Shown: positions 28,160 through 37,051 of the stretch, in pieces
Layout of the letters: each line of letters opens with the position of its first letter
How positions within the stretch are numbered: position 1 is the first letter of the stretch
Origin: Candidatus Margulisiibacteriota bacterium
GTDB lineage: Bacteria; Margulisbacteria; WOR-1; CAVSGV01; JBHPDX01
Length of the DNA: 64,000 nucleotides
Assembly: GCA_042577445.1 (NCBI GenBank)
Contig: JBHPDX010000001.1
Location: forward strand, 6,614-70,613
Direction of reading: 5' to 3'
Program-made: the position numbers and the translations under genes
Notes under the pieces: model-generated
What the model was told of the DNA's origin: nothing
The model's input: only the letters and a program-made list of their open reading frames with translations
Database searches by the model: none

Positions 28160-29151
28160 AATTTGGTTATATAAAATAAGCTGAGCACAGGGCAGTCGTC
28201 CAAAATAGTCCTGTCTATTTCATGGAGGATCTCGTACCGGGCGAACTTCTTGCGCTTGCTTGTGGTCACGAGCCTGTCCATTAAGGCATCGACCCGTTTG
28301 TTGCTGTAAAAAGTGAAGTTGGTTTCCCCTCCCGAATGGAACAACGGCTCCAGCAGGGCCAGCGGATCAGGTATCTTATTGTATTTAGGTTTGCAGACCT
28401 GGCATGGCGAGTATCCCAACTTAACCGCATCTTCATACCTGTCGAACAGCTTTTGTCTTGCTTCATCGGTTGGATTAAGATGACAAGTAAATGAGTGGAA
28501 TATCATGGAATCCTTGTCTCCGATGAACAGCTCCCCAAAACTCCCGGCCTTATACCCCATTACAAAAAGGTCATATTTGCCGGAAGCTAAAAGCCTTTTC
28601 CATGTTGCCTGATCAGTATATTTTACCACGGTCCTTTTCATGTCCACGCCAATGTCTATCAGGTCCATCTTGATCCGGTCCACGATCCTTCTCGTCTTTG
28701 CCCCGTCGGTGTGAAGTATTGTAAGCCCTTTGATCCGTTTATCGTTAAGAGGATAACCTGAAGACCGCATCATCCTTTTTGCAAGCTTAATGTCATAAGG
28801 ATAACCTTTAATGGTGGGATCGTATCCTTCCATTCCCGGAGGTATTACTCCTCCCGGAATAATGTCGTCGCCGATTATTTGCGCGATCACCTTTCTGTTT
28901 ACGGCCATGGAAAAGGCCTGTCTTACTACGCGGCCGTCAACTCCGCTGAACAGCCTCTTTTTTAGGTTGAAGCCCAGGAACCAGACGCCGTCGTAATCCT
29001 TTTTTCCGGGCTTTCCTGCAGTCACGGTTTCTCCCGCTTCCGTAGTTTTAATTATTTCGGATCCCTGCGGTTTTTCTCCGTTTCCCATGCATAGGGCGTT
29101 GGAAGGAAGAAGCATTAGGATGATCAGGAGCAGGACAAACTTATTTCTCAT
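28156..29151 (-). CDS. truncated SBP_bac_5-like (peptide/nickel ABC substrate-binding fold) secreted protein carrying an Ada-like zinc-binding motif
   Basis: 331 aa with a signal peptide. VRQAFSMAVNRKVIAQ and the C-terminus NKRVDALMDRL...YEILHEIDRTILDDCPVLSLFY match the middle and C-terminal regions of family-5 SBPs. The N-terminal region of about 150 aa is missing. An insert FHSFTCH...AVKLGYSPCQVCKP resembles the GFRPCKRCQP end of Ada_Zn_binding. Confidence 0.5.
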   Translation of the reverse strand: MRNKFVLLLIILMLLPSNALCMGNGEKPQGSEIIKTTEAGETVTAGKPGKKDYDGVWFLGFNLKKRLFSGVDGRVVRQAFSMAVNRKVIAQIIGDDIIPGGVIPPGMEGYDPTIKGYPYDIKLAKRMMRSSGYPLNDKRIKGLTILHTDGAKTRRIVDRIKMDLIDIGVDMKRTVVKYTDQATWKRLLASGKYDLFVMGYKAGSFGELFIGDKDSMIFHSFTCHLNPTDEARQKLFDRYEDAVKLGYSPCQVCKPKYNKIPDPLALLEPLFHSGGETNFTFYSNKRVDALMDRLVTTSKRKKFARYEILHEIDRTILDDCPVLSLFYITKL

Positions 29152-29692
29152 TGAACTTTTTTACCCCTTCTTTAAAAATATCATGTCCATTGATATCGTT
29201 GGCCACAAAAACAGGGAGGCTCGCGACCTCAAGTTCATATATGGCTTCCGGACCCAGTTCCGGATAAGCTACGACTTTGGCGGATTTTATTGCCTGGGCA
29301 AGGAGCGCTCCGGCCCCTCCTATAGCGGCGAAATAAACGGCTTTGTGTTTTTTGAAAAGTTTTACCACATCTTCGCTTCGGGCGCCTTTTCCGATCGCAC
29401 CCTTCAGGCCGATCTTCAGCAGAGGTTCTGTCAATGCGTCCATTCTACTGCTCGTTGTTGGGCCTGCTGATCCTATTACTTTTCCCTGGCGCGGAGGGGT
29501 AGGGCCGCAGTAGTAGAGCACCTGTCCTTCAAGGTCGACAGGGAGCTTTTTACCCTCATTGAGCGTTTCTATCAGTTTTTTGTGGGCCAGATCCCTTGCA
29601 GTATATATTTTCCCTGAAAGCCAGATCCTGTCGCCGGCTTTAAGTGTCTTAATTACCTCATCGGTCAATGGAAGATTGATAGCCTTTTCCAT
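29141..29692 (-). CDS. fumB: class I fumarate hydratase beta subunit (C-terminal catalytic domain)
   Basis: 183 aa. LKAGDRIWLSGKIYTARDLAHKKL...GPTPPRQGKVIGSAGPTTSSRMD is the Fe-S hydro-lyase beta domain. Confidence 0.85.
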   Translation of the reverse strand: MEKAINLPLTDEVIKTLKAGDRIWLSGKIYTARDLAHKKLIETLNEGKKLPVDLEGQVLYYCGPTPPRQGKVIGSAGPTTSSRMDALTEPLLKIGLKGAIGKGARSEDVVKLFKKHKAVYFAAIGGAGALLAQAIKSAKVVAYPELGPEAIYELEVASLPVFVANDINGHDIFKEGVKKFNEK

Positions 29693-30534
29693 TAGATAAC
29701 CGCCTCCTTTACCCTGTGAGCGTGACAGTCAATGTTCACGGTCACCGGTAAGCTTGCGATATGGCATGGGGCTTTCTCAATGGCAACGCTTAAAGCTGTT
29801 GTAGTTCCGCCGAGTCCTGCCGGCCCGATCCCGGTCTTGTTTATTTTTTCCAGCATTTCACTTTCCATCTGCGCTGTATCGGCATTATTATTACCGATCC
29901 CCACTTTTCTGAGCAGGGCCTTTTTGGCGAGCATGGTAGATGTTTCCAAATTCCCGCCTATCCCCACTCCTATGATGAACGGGGGGCATGCTGCTCCGCC
30001 TGCGGTTCTGGCGGTCTCAGTAACGAAATCGATAATATCACCTTTGCTGCTTGTGGGCTTGAACATTCTGAAAGTGCTTTTATTCTCCGCGCCTCCGCCT
30101 TTGGCCATAACGGTTATCTTAATGTTCTTTCCGGGAACTATTTGATAATGCGTGATGGCGGGAGTATTGCTGCCCGTGTTCTTGCGTTCAAAAGGATCTG
30201 CTACAACAGATCTCCTTAGATATCCTTTTTTACAGGCCGAACTGATGCCCTCATTCACCGCATCCTCGACGCTTCCGCCGGTTATCTTTACTTCCTGGCC
30301 GATCTCCAGGAAAACCACTGCCAGCCCCGTATCCTGGCAGATAGGGAATACTTCTTTTCTTGCGATCTCAGCATTCTTTATAAGGTCGCGGATGATCTCT
30401 TTTCCGGAGACCGAATGTTCTTTGCTCATTGCTTCATTTAACGCGTGGAGAACATCGTCAGATATCTCATAGTTCGCCTGGATGTACAGGTCCCTGACGG
30501 TCTCGGATATTTTTTTTGATCCTATTTCTTTCAT
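29692..30534 (-). CDS. fumA: class I fumarate hydratase alpha subunit (N-terminal domain)
   Basis: The start is set at the internal Met MKEIGSKKISETVRDLY, whose ATG overlaps the mdh TGA as ATGA. FPICQDTGLAVVFLEIGQEV and CHAHRV match the tartrate/fumarate hydratase alpha family. Confidence 0.85.
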   Translation of the reverse strand: MKEIGSKKISETVRDLYIQANYEISDDVLHALNEAMSKEHSVSGKEIIRDLIKNAEIARKEVFPICQDTGLAVVFLEIGQEVKITGGSVEDAVNEGISSACKKGYLRRSVVADPFERKNTGSNTPAITHYQIVPGKNIKITVMAKGGGAENKSTFRMFKPTSSKGDIIDFVTETARTAGGAACPPFIIGVGIGGNLETSTMLAKKALLRKVGIGNNNADTAQMESEMLEKINKTGIGPAGLGGTTTALSVAIEKAPCHIASLPVTVNIDCHAHRVKEAVI

Positions 30535-31457
30535 ATAGATAGCTTTGCTATTTGTTCTTTTACTGAATTTGCAGATTTGGCAAGCGCGGAAGCTTCTTCT
30601 TCGGTAAGTTTTATTTTCTCGATCTTTTCCACTCCGGACTTTCCGAGCGTGACAGGAACCCCGATGCACACATCCGACAGGCCGTATTCCCCGCCTGGAA
30701 GTATCGAGCAGGGGGATGTGAACTTTTTATCCTTTATTATTGCCCTTACCATCGCGACAGCGGAAGAAGAAGGTGCATAGTAAGCGCTCCCGACTTTCAG
30801 GAGGTTCACTATCTCAGCGCCGCCTTTCTGGGTGCGCTCTATTATTTTCTTTATTTTATCTTTCGGCAGTAGTTCTGATACGGGCTTATGCTTGGCTTTT
30901 GCCTGGCTCATAACCGGCACCATAAGGTCGCCGTGGCCTCCCAATACCATGCATTCCACGTCTTTTACGGGAATGCCCAGCTCCATGGAGATAAAAGTGG
31001 CCATTCTTGACGAATCAAGGATCCCCGCCATGCCGATGACCTTTTTCCTGTCAAACCCGGTTACCTTATAAGCAAGATAGGTCATAACGTCCACGGGATT
31101 AGTTACCATTATCAGTATTGAATTTGGGGCGTATTTCTTGATGTTGCTGGCGATATCCCTGATGATCTTGGCGTTCAATATCTGAAGGTCATCGCGGCTC
31201 ATTCCGGGCTTTCTGGCAAGGCCTGCCGTCACTACAACTATATCCGATCCTTCTATATCCGCGGGATCGTTCGTTCCAGTTATCTTTGAATTGAACCTCT
31301 CAACAGAGCCCGATTGGAGCATGTCTAGGGCTTTTCCCTGAGGCATTCCTTCGAGAACATCAACGAGCATGACATCGGCAAGTTCCCGCTCGGCAATGCG
31401 CCTGGCGGTCTCCGCGCCCACATTTCCTGCTCCGAATATTGCTACTTTCTTGTTCAA
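30531..31457 (-). CDS. mdh: malate dehydrogenase (LDH-like, NAD-dependent)
   Basis: MNKKVAIFGAGNVGAETARRI...GGHGDLMVP is the LDH/MDH fold. Confidence 0.9.
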   Translation of the reverse strand: MNKKVAIFGAGNVGAETARRIAERELADVMLVDVLEGMPQGKALDMLQSGSVERFNSKITGTNDPADIEGSDIVVVTAGLARKPGMSRDDLQILNAKIIRDIASNIKKYAPNSILIMVTNPVDVMTYLAYKVTGFDRKKVIGMAGILDSSRMATFISMELGIPVKDVECMVLGGHGDLMVPVMSQAKAKHKPVSELLPKDKIKKIIERTQKGGAEIVNLLKVGSAYYAPSSSAVAMVRAIIKDKKFTSPCSILPGGEYGLSDVCIGVPVTLGKSGVEKIEKIKLTEEEASALAKSANSVKEQIAKLSI

Positions 31458-31558
31458 ATCAAGCCTCCGCGCTCAAAATCACCGCACAAAACCCGATTAT
31501 AGATAACCTAAATGGGATTGTCAATTTTGTTGTTTTTATGTGAAATTTTGAGGAAATA

Positions 31559-33151
31559 ATGGCGATAAACAAGCGTATGAGTTTAGCTACTGCTATATGG
31601 AAAGGTAATACGTGCCAAACAACGATAAAATTCAATAGAAGGAATATCGGAGTTACACTTACTGCACCTTCCACTAGGAAAGGTGACCTTGGTTATACGC
31701 TGCGCAATATTGACAGCAGAATTGTTCATCCATCCGTTCAGAATGCTCTTTGTGAAGACCTGAATATTCCGCATGCCCGCCAAGTTAAAGCAATAAAGAT
31801 CGACCCAAAGCTTGAACGAAATTATAAGCATTTTGACGCAAGAAAAGGAACGGTTTTCATGTCGCTCCATGCCGCAGAACATCTTTTGGGGAATGATATT
31901 GCAATAGTACTTGGAGGCGGCGCTCTCAAAGGTTTTGTATATCCCGGAATATTGAGATGGCTTGAAAGTATAGGGATGAAAAAGGGCAAACTGGGTAAGT
32001 CCAAACTTAAATTCTTCTGCACTTCCACTGGAGCATATTTTGGCTCCCTTTACTGTGCGCATGGCAGCGCAAAAGCGATGAGGAACCGTGTTTATAAAAC
32101 CCTTCAGGAAAAAGAGATGTTCGATTTCCTTGATCCCGACTTTGCTGGGCTTCAATCTCCTTCAACATATGACGGCGTACTTCACGGAAATAAACTTATG
32201 GATATAATAAGGCTTGATTGCGGCCTTGGGGACCAGACATTCTCTCAGATGAAAGTGCCGCTTTTTATCTATGCTGTTAATACGGCAAATTATAATGGAT
32301 GGCTTTTCGGCGATCCAAAGTATAATGACGAGTTCATATTAAATCCTGAATATGAACCCGGCAGCGGGGAAAAAGAACGCGTGCAAAGGCTTTATCCTAT
32401 AGATATCCGTGTGATCGATGCCGCCCGAGCCAGCGGTTCTATTCCGATCGGCTTTAAATATTATAGGATCGGGGATATGGTGTTTGTTGATGGAGGTGTG
32501 AAGCAGAATGTCGCGATAAAAGCAGCCACTTCTTCGTTCGCAAACCGCTATGTAATAGCCTTCAATCTCGGTATTTCTCTTCTATCGGGCGATGTTAAAA
32601 ATGTAGGAGATACGGCGGCGAATTATACTGATGGCTGCGGTTTGTCACAAATGGATGCCTTATCATTGTCATATATCCAGGACAGAAAGATAATCGTTTT
32701 TAATCCTATGGTAGGGCGGGTGGTTAACAATGCGAATGGCATGGAGCTTGCGCATCCTATGGAAATGAGCGCATTGGAAACACTGCGGGACTTTGAAGAA
32801 ATAGTAATGCCTAGCGGACAATTTGATAAAAGGCTTTTTTTCCCACCGTACAGTACTGGAAAAAAATTAAAACTAAAGGAAAAATTCAAGTTAAAGAAAA
32901 AGGGCAGCAAAAGCCCAAGTATTCTTTGTCTTGATCACAAGAACCCTCCTATAGAAAAACCTAAGGATGATCCATGGTGGTATTGTGCATTTATACTTGA
33001 TGGCGGAAGGATATGGCCCAAATTAAAGAGCAAGACACTTGAGCAATGGGCACTTCTTACATTTATTAAGCAGAACGGTATCTTTAGGTCCGCATCTGTC
33101 TTTTTGTCGTACTTGATGCTTAAATATGGTTTTTTCAAGAAGAAGAAATAG
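31559..33151 (+). CDS. patatin-like phospholipase with a C-terminal extension of about 200 aa
   Basis: The oxyanion GGGALKG, the serine motif CTSTG (non-canonical, with Cys in the first position) and the catalytic Asp motif DGGV are present. The extension has a K-rich segment KKLKLKEKFKLKKKGSKS followed by a hydrophobic helix. Confidence 0.75.
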   Translation: MAINKRMSLATAIWKGNTCQTTIKFNRRNIGVTLTAPSTRKGDLGYTLRNIDSRIVHPSVQNALCEDLNIPHARQVKAIKIDPKLERNYKHFDARKGTVFMSLHAAEHLLGNDIAIVLGGGALKGFVYPGILRWLESIGMKKGKLGKSKLKFFCTSTGAYFGSLYCAHGSAKAMRNRVYKTLQEKEMFDFLDPDFAGLQSPSTYDGVLHGNKLMDIIRLDCGLGDQTFSQMKVPLFIYAVNTANYNGWLFGDPKYNDEFILNPEYEPGSGEKERVQRLYPIDIRVIDAARASGSIPIGFKYYRIGDMVFVDGGVKQNVAIKAATSSFANRYVIAFNLGISLLSGDVKNVGDTAANYTDGCGLSQMDALSLSYIQDRKIIVFNPMVGRVVNNANGMELAHPMEMSALETLRDFEEIVMPSGQFDKRLFFPPYSTGKKLKLKEKFKLKKKGSKSPSILCLDHKNPPIEKPKDDPWWYCAFILDGGRIWPKLKSKTLEQWALLTFIKQNGIFRSASVFLSYLMLKYGFFKKKK

Positions 33152-33989
33152 AATCAGATAGTTTAGCGAATTCTTCTATAGATAAAGTTTCCCCTCTTCT
33201 TTTTCCGTCAATTCCCACTTTTTCAAAAGCTTTTGAAATATTCTCCTTGTTTATCCCTTCGATATTCGCGTTCTCAATGGCATTCTTCAGCATCTTTCTT
33301 CTCTGTATGAACGCCGCGTGGACGATATTAAAGAACAGTTTCTCATCTTTAACCTCCACACTTGGCTTATCCAGCACTTCAAGGCGAAGCACTGATGATC
33401 CCACTGCCGGCTGTGTAAAGAAAGAGCTTTTGGGGATATCGCACACTATCATCGGCTTGCAGTGGTAGTTCGCGAAGATGGTGAAAGACCCGTATTCCTT
33501 CACACTAGGCTTTGACACTATTCTATGGGCGAACTCGCGCTGTATCGTCATTACTATTAAGTTGAAAGAAGCTTTATGCTCTATTAATTTTGAGATTATC
33601 GGCGTAGTGATGTAGTAGGGGAGGTTTGCCACGACCTTCTTTATTTTATAACTCTTATATTTACTGAAAAGTTCGTCCAGATCGATCTTTAAGAAGTCCT
33701 CTTCAACGAGCTCAAAATTTTCCAGTCCCTTTAAATATTCTTTTGCGACGGGGATGAACTTTTTATCATACTCGTTCGTTATTACGAACCCGGCTTTCTG
33801 GCAGAGGTCTTTTGTCAGCGTTCCTATTCCCGTCCCTATTTCAAGGACAAGATCATCTTTGCTTATATCGGCAGCTTCTATGATCCTTGTAACCGATGAC
33901 TGGTCGATCATAAAATGCTGGCCGAGGTCTTTGTTCAACCATATATTAAAACTTTTGAGGATCTGCTTGGTGGTCTGAGAAAGCGTCAC
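33135..33989 (-). CDS. rsmA: 16S rRNA (adenine1518/1519-N6)-dimethyltransferase
   Basis: LGQHFMIDQSSVTRIIEAA...LEIGTGIGTLT...ANLPYYITTPI matches KsgA/RsmA. Confidence 0.9.
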   Translation of the reverse strand: MTLSQTTKQILKSFNIWLNKDLGQHFMIDQSSVTRIIEAADISKDDLVLEIGTGIGTLTKDLCQKAGFVITNEYDKKFIPVAKEYLKGLENFELVEEDFLKIDLDELFSKYKSYKIKKVVANLPYYITTPIISKLIEHKASFNLIVMTIQREFAHRIVSKPSVKEYGSFTIFANYHCKPMIVCDIPKSSFFTQPAVGSSVLRLEVLDKPSVEVKDEKLFFNIVHAAFIQRRKMLKNAIENANIEGINKENISKAFEKVGIDGKRRGETLSIEEFAKLSDSISSS

Positions 33990-34990
33990 TATTTTTTGCG
34001 GGCTCTTGTGAAGTGAGCGGCTACCTTTATCGCTTCTATGAGGCTTGTGGGATTTGCCCAGCCTTTGCCTGCTATATCAAATCCTGTCCCATGGTCGACG
34101 GAAGTCCTGACGAATGGCAGGCCTACCGTTACATTCACGGACCTGTTGAACGATAAGAGCTTGAGGGGTATCAATCCCTGGTCATGGTACATCGCGACAA
34201 CGATGTCGAACATGCCCACATTGGCGAGATAGAAAATACCATCAGGGGAAATAGGGCCTTTTACATTGATGCCTGCGCGCTTTGCCTCTGCGATCGCGGG
34301 GGTGATGTATTTTTTCTCTTCTTTTCCAAAGATGCCGCCTTCTCCCGCATGAGGGTTAAGCCCCGCAACGCCTATTTTCGGTTTTTTCTTCCTCACTCTG
34401 AACAGAGTTTCGTGAGCCAGTTTGATGGCGTTCAAAACCCTTTTCTTGTTGATCTGCTTGTATATGTCTTTTATCGGCAGGTGCGTCGTTACGAGTATCA
34501 CCCAAAGAGCGTCAGAGACGAACATCATGGCGTATTTCTTGGTCTTGGTCCTTTTTGCAAGGATCTCTGTGTGTCCCTGGAACTTGTATCCCGCTTTTCG
34601 TATAGCTTCTTTGTTTATCGGGGCTGTCGCTATTGCATCGATCTCCTTGCTCATTGCCAGTTTGATCGCTTTTTCAAGGTATTGTATCGCCGCTTTGCCG
34701 CAGTATTTTGAGAGCTGGCCCATTTTTACCTTTGACGGCTCCAGGTTCTCCAGATCTATTATATCGATAGTATTCGGGATAAATTTGGCTTCGGCGACCT
34801 TTTTGATGGGGTTTATCTGCATATTCTCGGCCTTGGCGATCTTCAGCGCGTTCTTTATTATTCTTCTATCGCCAATGACGACAGGCCTCACGTAGCTTTG
34901 AACTTCGCTGTTTTGAAAAGCTTTAACGATGACCTCAGGACCGATCCCTGCCGCATCTCCCATTGTTATCCCGATTATAGGTTTTTCCAT
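33989..34990 (-). CDS. pdxA: 4-hydroxythreonine-4-phosphate dehydrogenase
   Basis: PIIGITMGDAAGIGPEV...GHTE...AGLNPHAGEGG are PdxA signature motifs. Confidence 0.88.
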   Translation of the reverse strand: MEKPIIGITMGDAAGIGPEVIVKAFQNSEVQSYVRPVVIGDRRIIKNALKIAKAENMQINPIKKVAEAKFIPNTIDIIDLENLEPSKVKMGQLSKYCGKAAIQYLEKAIKLAMSKEIDAIATAPINKEAIRKAGYKFQGHTEILAKRTKTKKYAMMFVSDALWVILVTTHLPIKDIYKQINKKRVLNAIKLAHETLFRVRKKKPKIGVAGLNPHAGEGGIFGKEEKKYITPAIAEAKRAGINVKGPISPDGIFYLANVGMFDIVVAMYHDQGLIPLKLLSFNRSVNVTVGLPFVRTSVDHGTGFDIAGKGWANPTSLIEAIKVAAHFTRARKK

Positions 34991-34999
34991 TTTTGCTCC

Positions 35000-36172
35000 T
35001 TAGTGCGCCTTGTATCTTATGCCGGCTTTTTCCATTCTTTCCAAAGCTTCTTTTATTCTTTCTTCTGTTTCTACGAGCGCTGCTCTTACGTATCCCTCTC
35101 CGAGTTCTCCGAAAGCAGTGCCGGGCGCCATTACGACGCCGGTTTTTTCAAGAACATGAAGAGACCAGTCGGTTGAGTTGTATCCCTTTGGCACAGGGAA
35201 CCAAACGTACATAGTGGCTTTCGGTTTTTCAATATCCCAACCGAGCTTATTTAATCCGTCAACGAAAATATCCCTTCTTTTCTGGTATGTCATTCTCATT
35301 TTGTCCAGGTAATCATTTTTCAGGCCCATTGCGGCGATAGCGGCCCTTTGCGTGGCGGCGAATAATCCATAGTCCAGATTCGTCTTAATTTTCTTTAAAC
35401 TGTCTATTATCTTTTTGTTGCCCACAGCGAATCCGCATCTCCAGCCGGCCATGCCGAATGTTTTTGATACCGTGTGGAATTCGACCGCTACATCCTTTGC
35501 TCCCGGAATAGAGAAAATGCTTATTGGTTTATTTCCGTCAAAATAAACTTCCGCGTAAGCAAAGTCATGTATAAGTATCAATCCATGTTTTTTTGAGAAT
35601 TTCACGGCTTCTTCGTAAAATTCTTTCGGAGCACATGCCGCTGTTGGATTTGAAGGATATGATAAGAACAGCATTTTTGCTTCTTTAGCGACATTATTAT
35701 CTATGGCTTTAAGGTCAGGGAGAAATCCTGTCTTCTCTGTAGTAGGAAGTATATGGGGCGTGCCTCCCGCAAGGATCGTCCCGTTAAAGTGAGCTGGATA
35801 TGTGGGCATGGGGACAAGCGTTGTGTCGCCCGGATTGATATAAGCAAAAGCCAAGTGTATCAATCCTTCTTTGGACCCGATAAGGGGAGTGATCTCATTA
35901 TCGTGTATGTCTATATGATATTGTCTTTTGCACCAATCGATCACAGCTTTTCTGAATTCAGGTAATCCTGCAAAGGTCGGATATCTGGAGTTTTCCGCGT
36001 TCCTTAAAGCAGCAGCCATTGCCTCGAAGACTTCTTTAGGGGGAGGAACGTTCGGATTACCCATGCCAAGGTCAATAAGGTCTGTGCCTTTTTTTCTTGC
36101 TTCGTCTTTTAACTCATCCAGCCTTGCGAACACGTAGGTAGGCAGTCTGAGCAATCGTTGTGCTTCTTCCAC
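35000..36172 (-). CDS. class I PLP-dependent aminotransferase (AspC/DapL-like)
   Basis: LIDLGMGNPN, SKTFGMAGWRCGF (the PLP lysine) and the fold I layout are present. Its substrate cannot be told from sequence. Confidence 0.75.
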   Translation of the reverse strand: MEEAQRLLRLPTYVFARLDELKDEARKKGTDLIDLGMGNPNVPPPKEVFEAMAAALRNAENSRYPTFAGLPEFRKAVIDWCKRQYHIDIHDNEITPLIGSKEGLIHLAFAYINPGDTTLVPMPTYPAHFNGTILAGGTPHILPTTEKTGFLPDLKAIDNNVAKEAKMLFLSYPSNPTAACAPKEFYEEAVKFSKKHGLILIHDFAYAEVYFDGNKPISIFSIPGAKDVAVEFHTVSKTFGMAGWRCGFAVGNKKIIDSLKKIKTNLDYGLFAATQRAAIAAMGLKNDYLDKMRMTYQKRRDIFVDGLNKLGWDIEKPKATMYVWFPVPKGYNSTDWSLHVLEKTGVVMAPGTAFGELGEGYVRAALVETEERIKEALERMEKAGIRYKAH

Positions 36173-36200
36173 TTCTGTTTTCCTTCCAACTGCAGACCAT

Positions 36201-37049
36201 TTAGACGGTCAGTATATGATCTGCGTGATATGAGCTTCTTACGAACGGACCCGCCTCAACATGCTTGAAACCGAGGTTCAATCCGAAATTCCTGTATTTT
36301 TCAAATACTTCAGGTTGGACATATTCTACTACGGACGCCTCTTTTTGTGAAGGTCTTAAGTACTGCCCTATGGTAACAATGCCGCATTCAGCGGCCCTCA
36401 GATCTTTCATTAATTCGTATATCTCTTTCTCTGTTTCTCCAACGCCCAGCATAAATCCGGACTTAATATGCATGTTTTTGTTGATATTACTTGAAATTTT
36501 AAGGACTTCCAGGGATCTTTTATAGTTCGATGTAGGCCTTAAATGTTCATATAGCCTTGGCGCCATTTCTACATTATGATTAAGCACAAAAGGACCCGCA
36601 TCAATGACCTTTTTAATAAGATCCTTATTCCCTCCAAGATCGGGTATCAAGACCTCAACTTTTGAATCAGGCAGTTCTTTCTTGATCGCTTTGATAGTAT
36701 CTGCAAAATGTGAAGCTCCATGGTCAGGAAGATCGTCCCTTGTTACTGATGTGACAACGACATATTTCAAGCCAAGTTTTTTCGCGGCTTCCGCGACCCT
36801 TTTTGGCTCCGACTTATCGAGAGGAGAAGGGGTGCCTTTTGAAACTCCGCAGAAGTTGCATTTTCTGGTGCAGGTCTTGCCCAGGATCATGAATGTCGCG
36901 ACAGTGCTTGAATAGCATTCTCCGATATTCGGGCATTTTGCAGATTCGCAGACAGTGTGGACCGAATCATCAGCTATTTTTTCTCTCATCTTTCTGATGT
37001 TCTTCAGTTTAGGAGTTCTTTTGATAAGCCATTGAGGCAGTTTGCTCAT
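36201..37049 (-). CDS. lipA: lipoyl synthase
   Basis: The auxiliary cluster CESAKCPNIGEC and the radical-SAM cluster CTRKCNFC are both present. Confidence 0.92.
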   Translation of the reverse strand: MSKLPQWLIKRTPKLKNIRKMREKIADDSVHTVCESAKCPNIGECYSSTVATFMILGKTCTRKCNFCGVSKGTPSPLDKSEPKRVAEAAKKLGLKYVVVTSVTRDDLPDHGASHFADTIKAIKKELPDSKVEVLIPDLGGNKDLIKKVIDAGPFVLNHNVEMAPRLYEHLRPTSNYKRSLEVLKISSNINKNMHIKSGFMLGVGETEKEIYELMKDLRAAECGIVTIGQYLRPSQKEASVVEYVQPEVFEKYRNFGLNLGFKHVEAGPFVRSSYHADHILTV

Positions 37050-37051
37050 GA

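Noticed and set aside
31559-33151. CBASS or another anti-phage system inferred from the patatin-like effector
   Set aside because: No cyclase (CD-NTase), E1/E2 or other signalling partner is adjacent. The flanks are mdh and ksgA.
34038-34895. Plus-strand ORFs of 64 to 175 aa
   Set aside because: They are antisense to pdxA.
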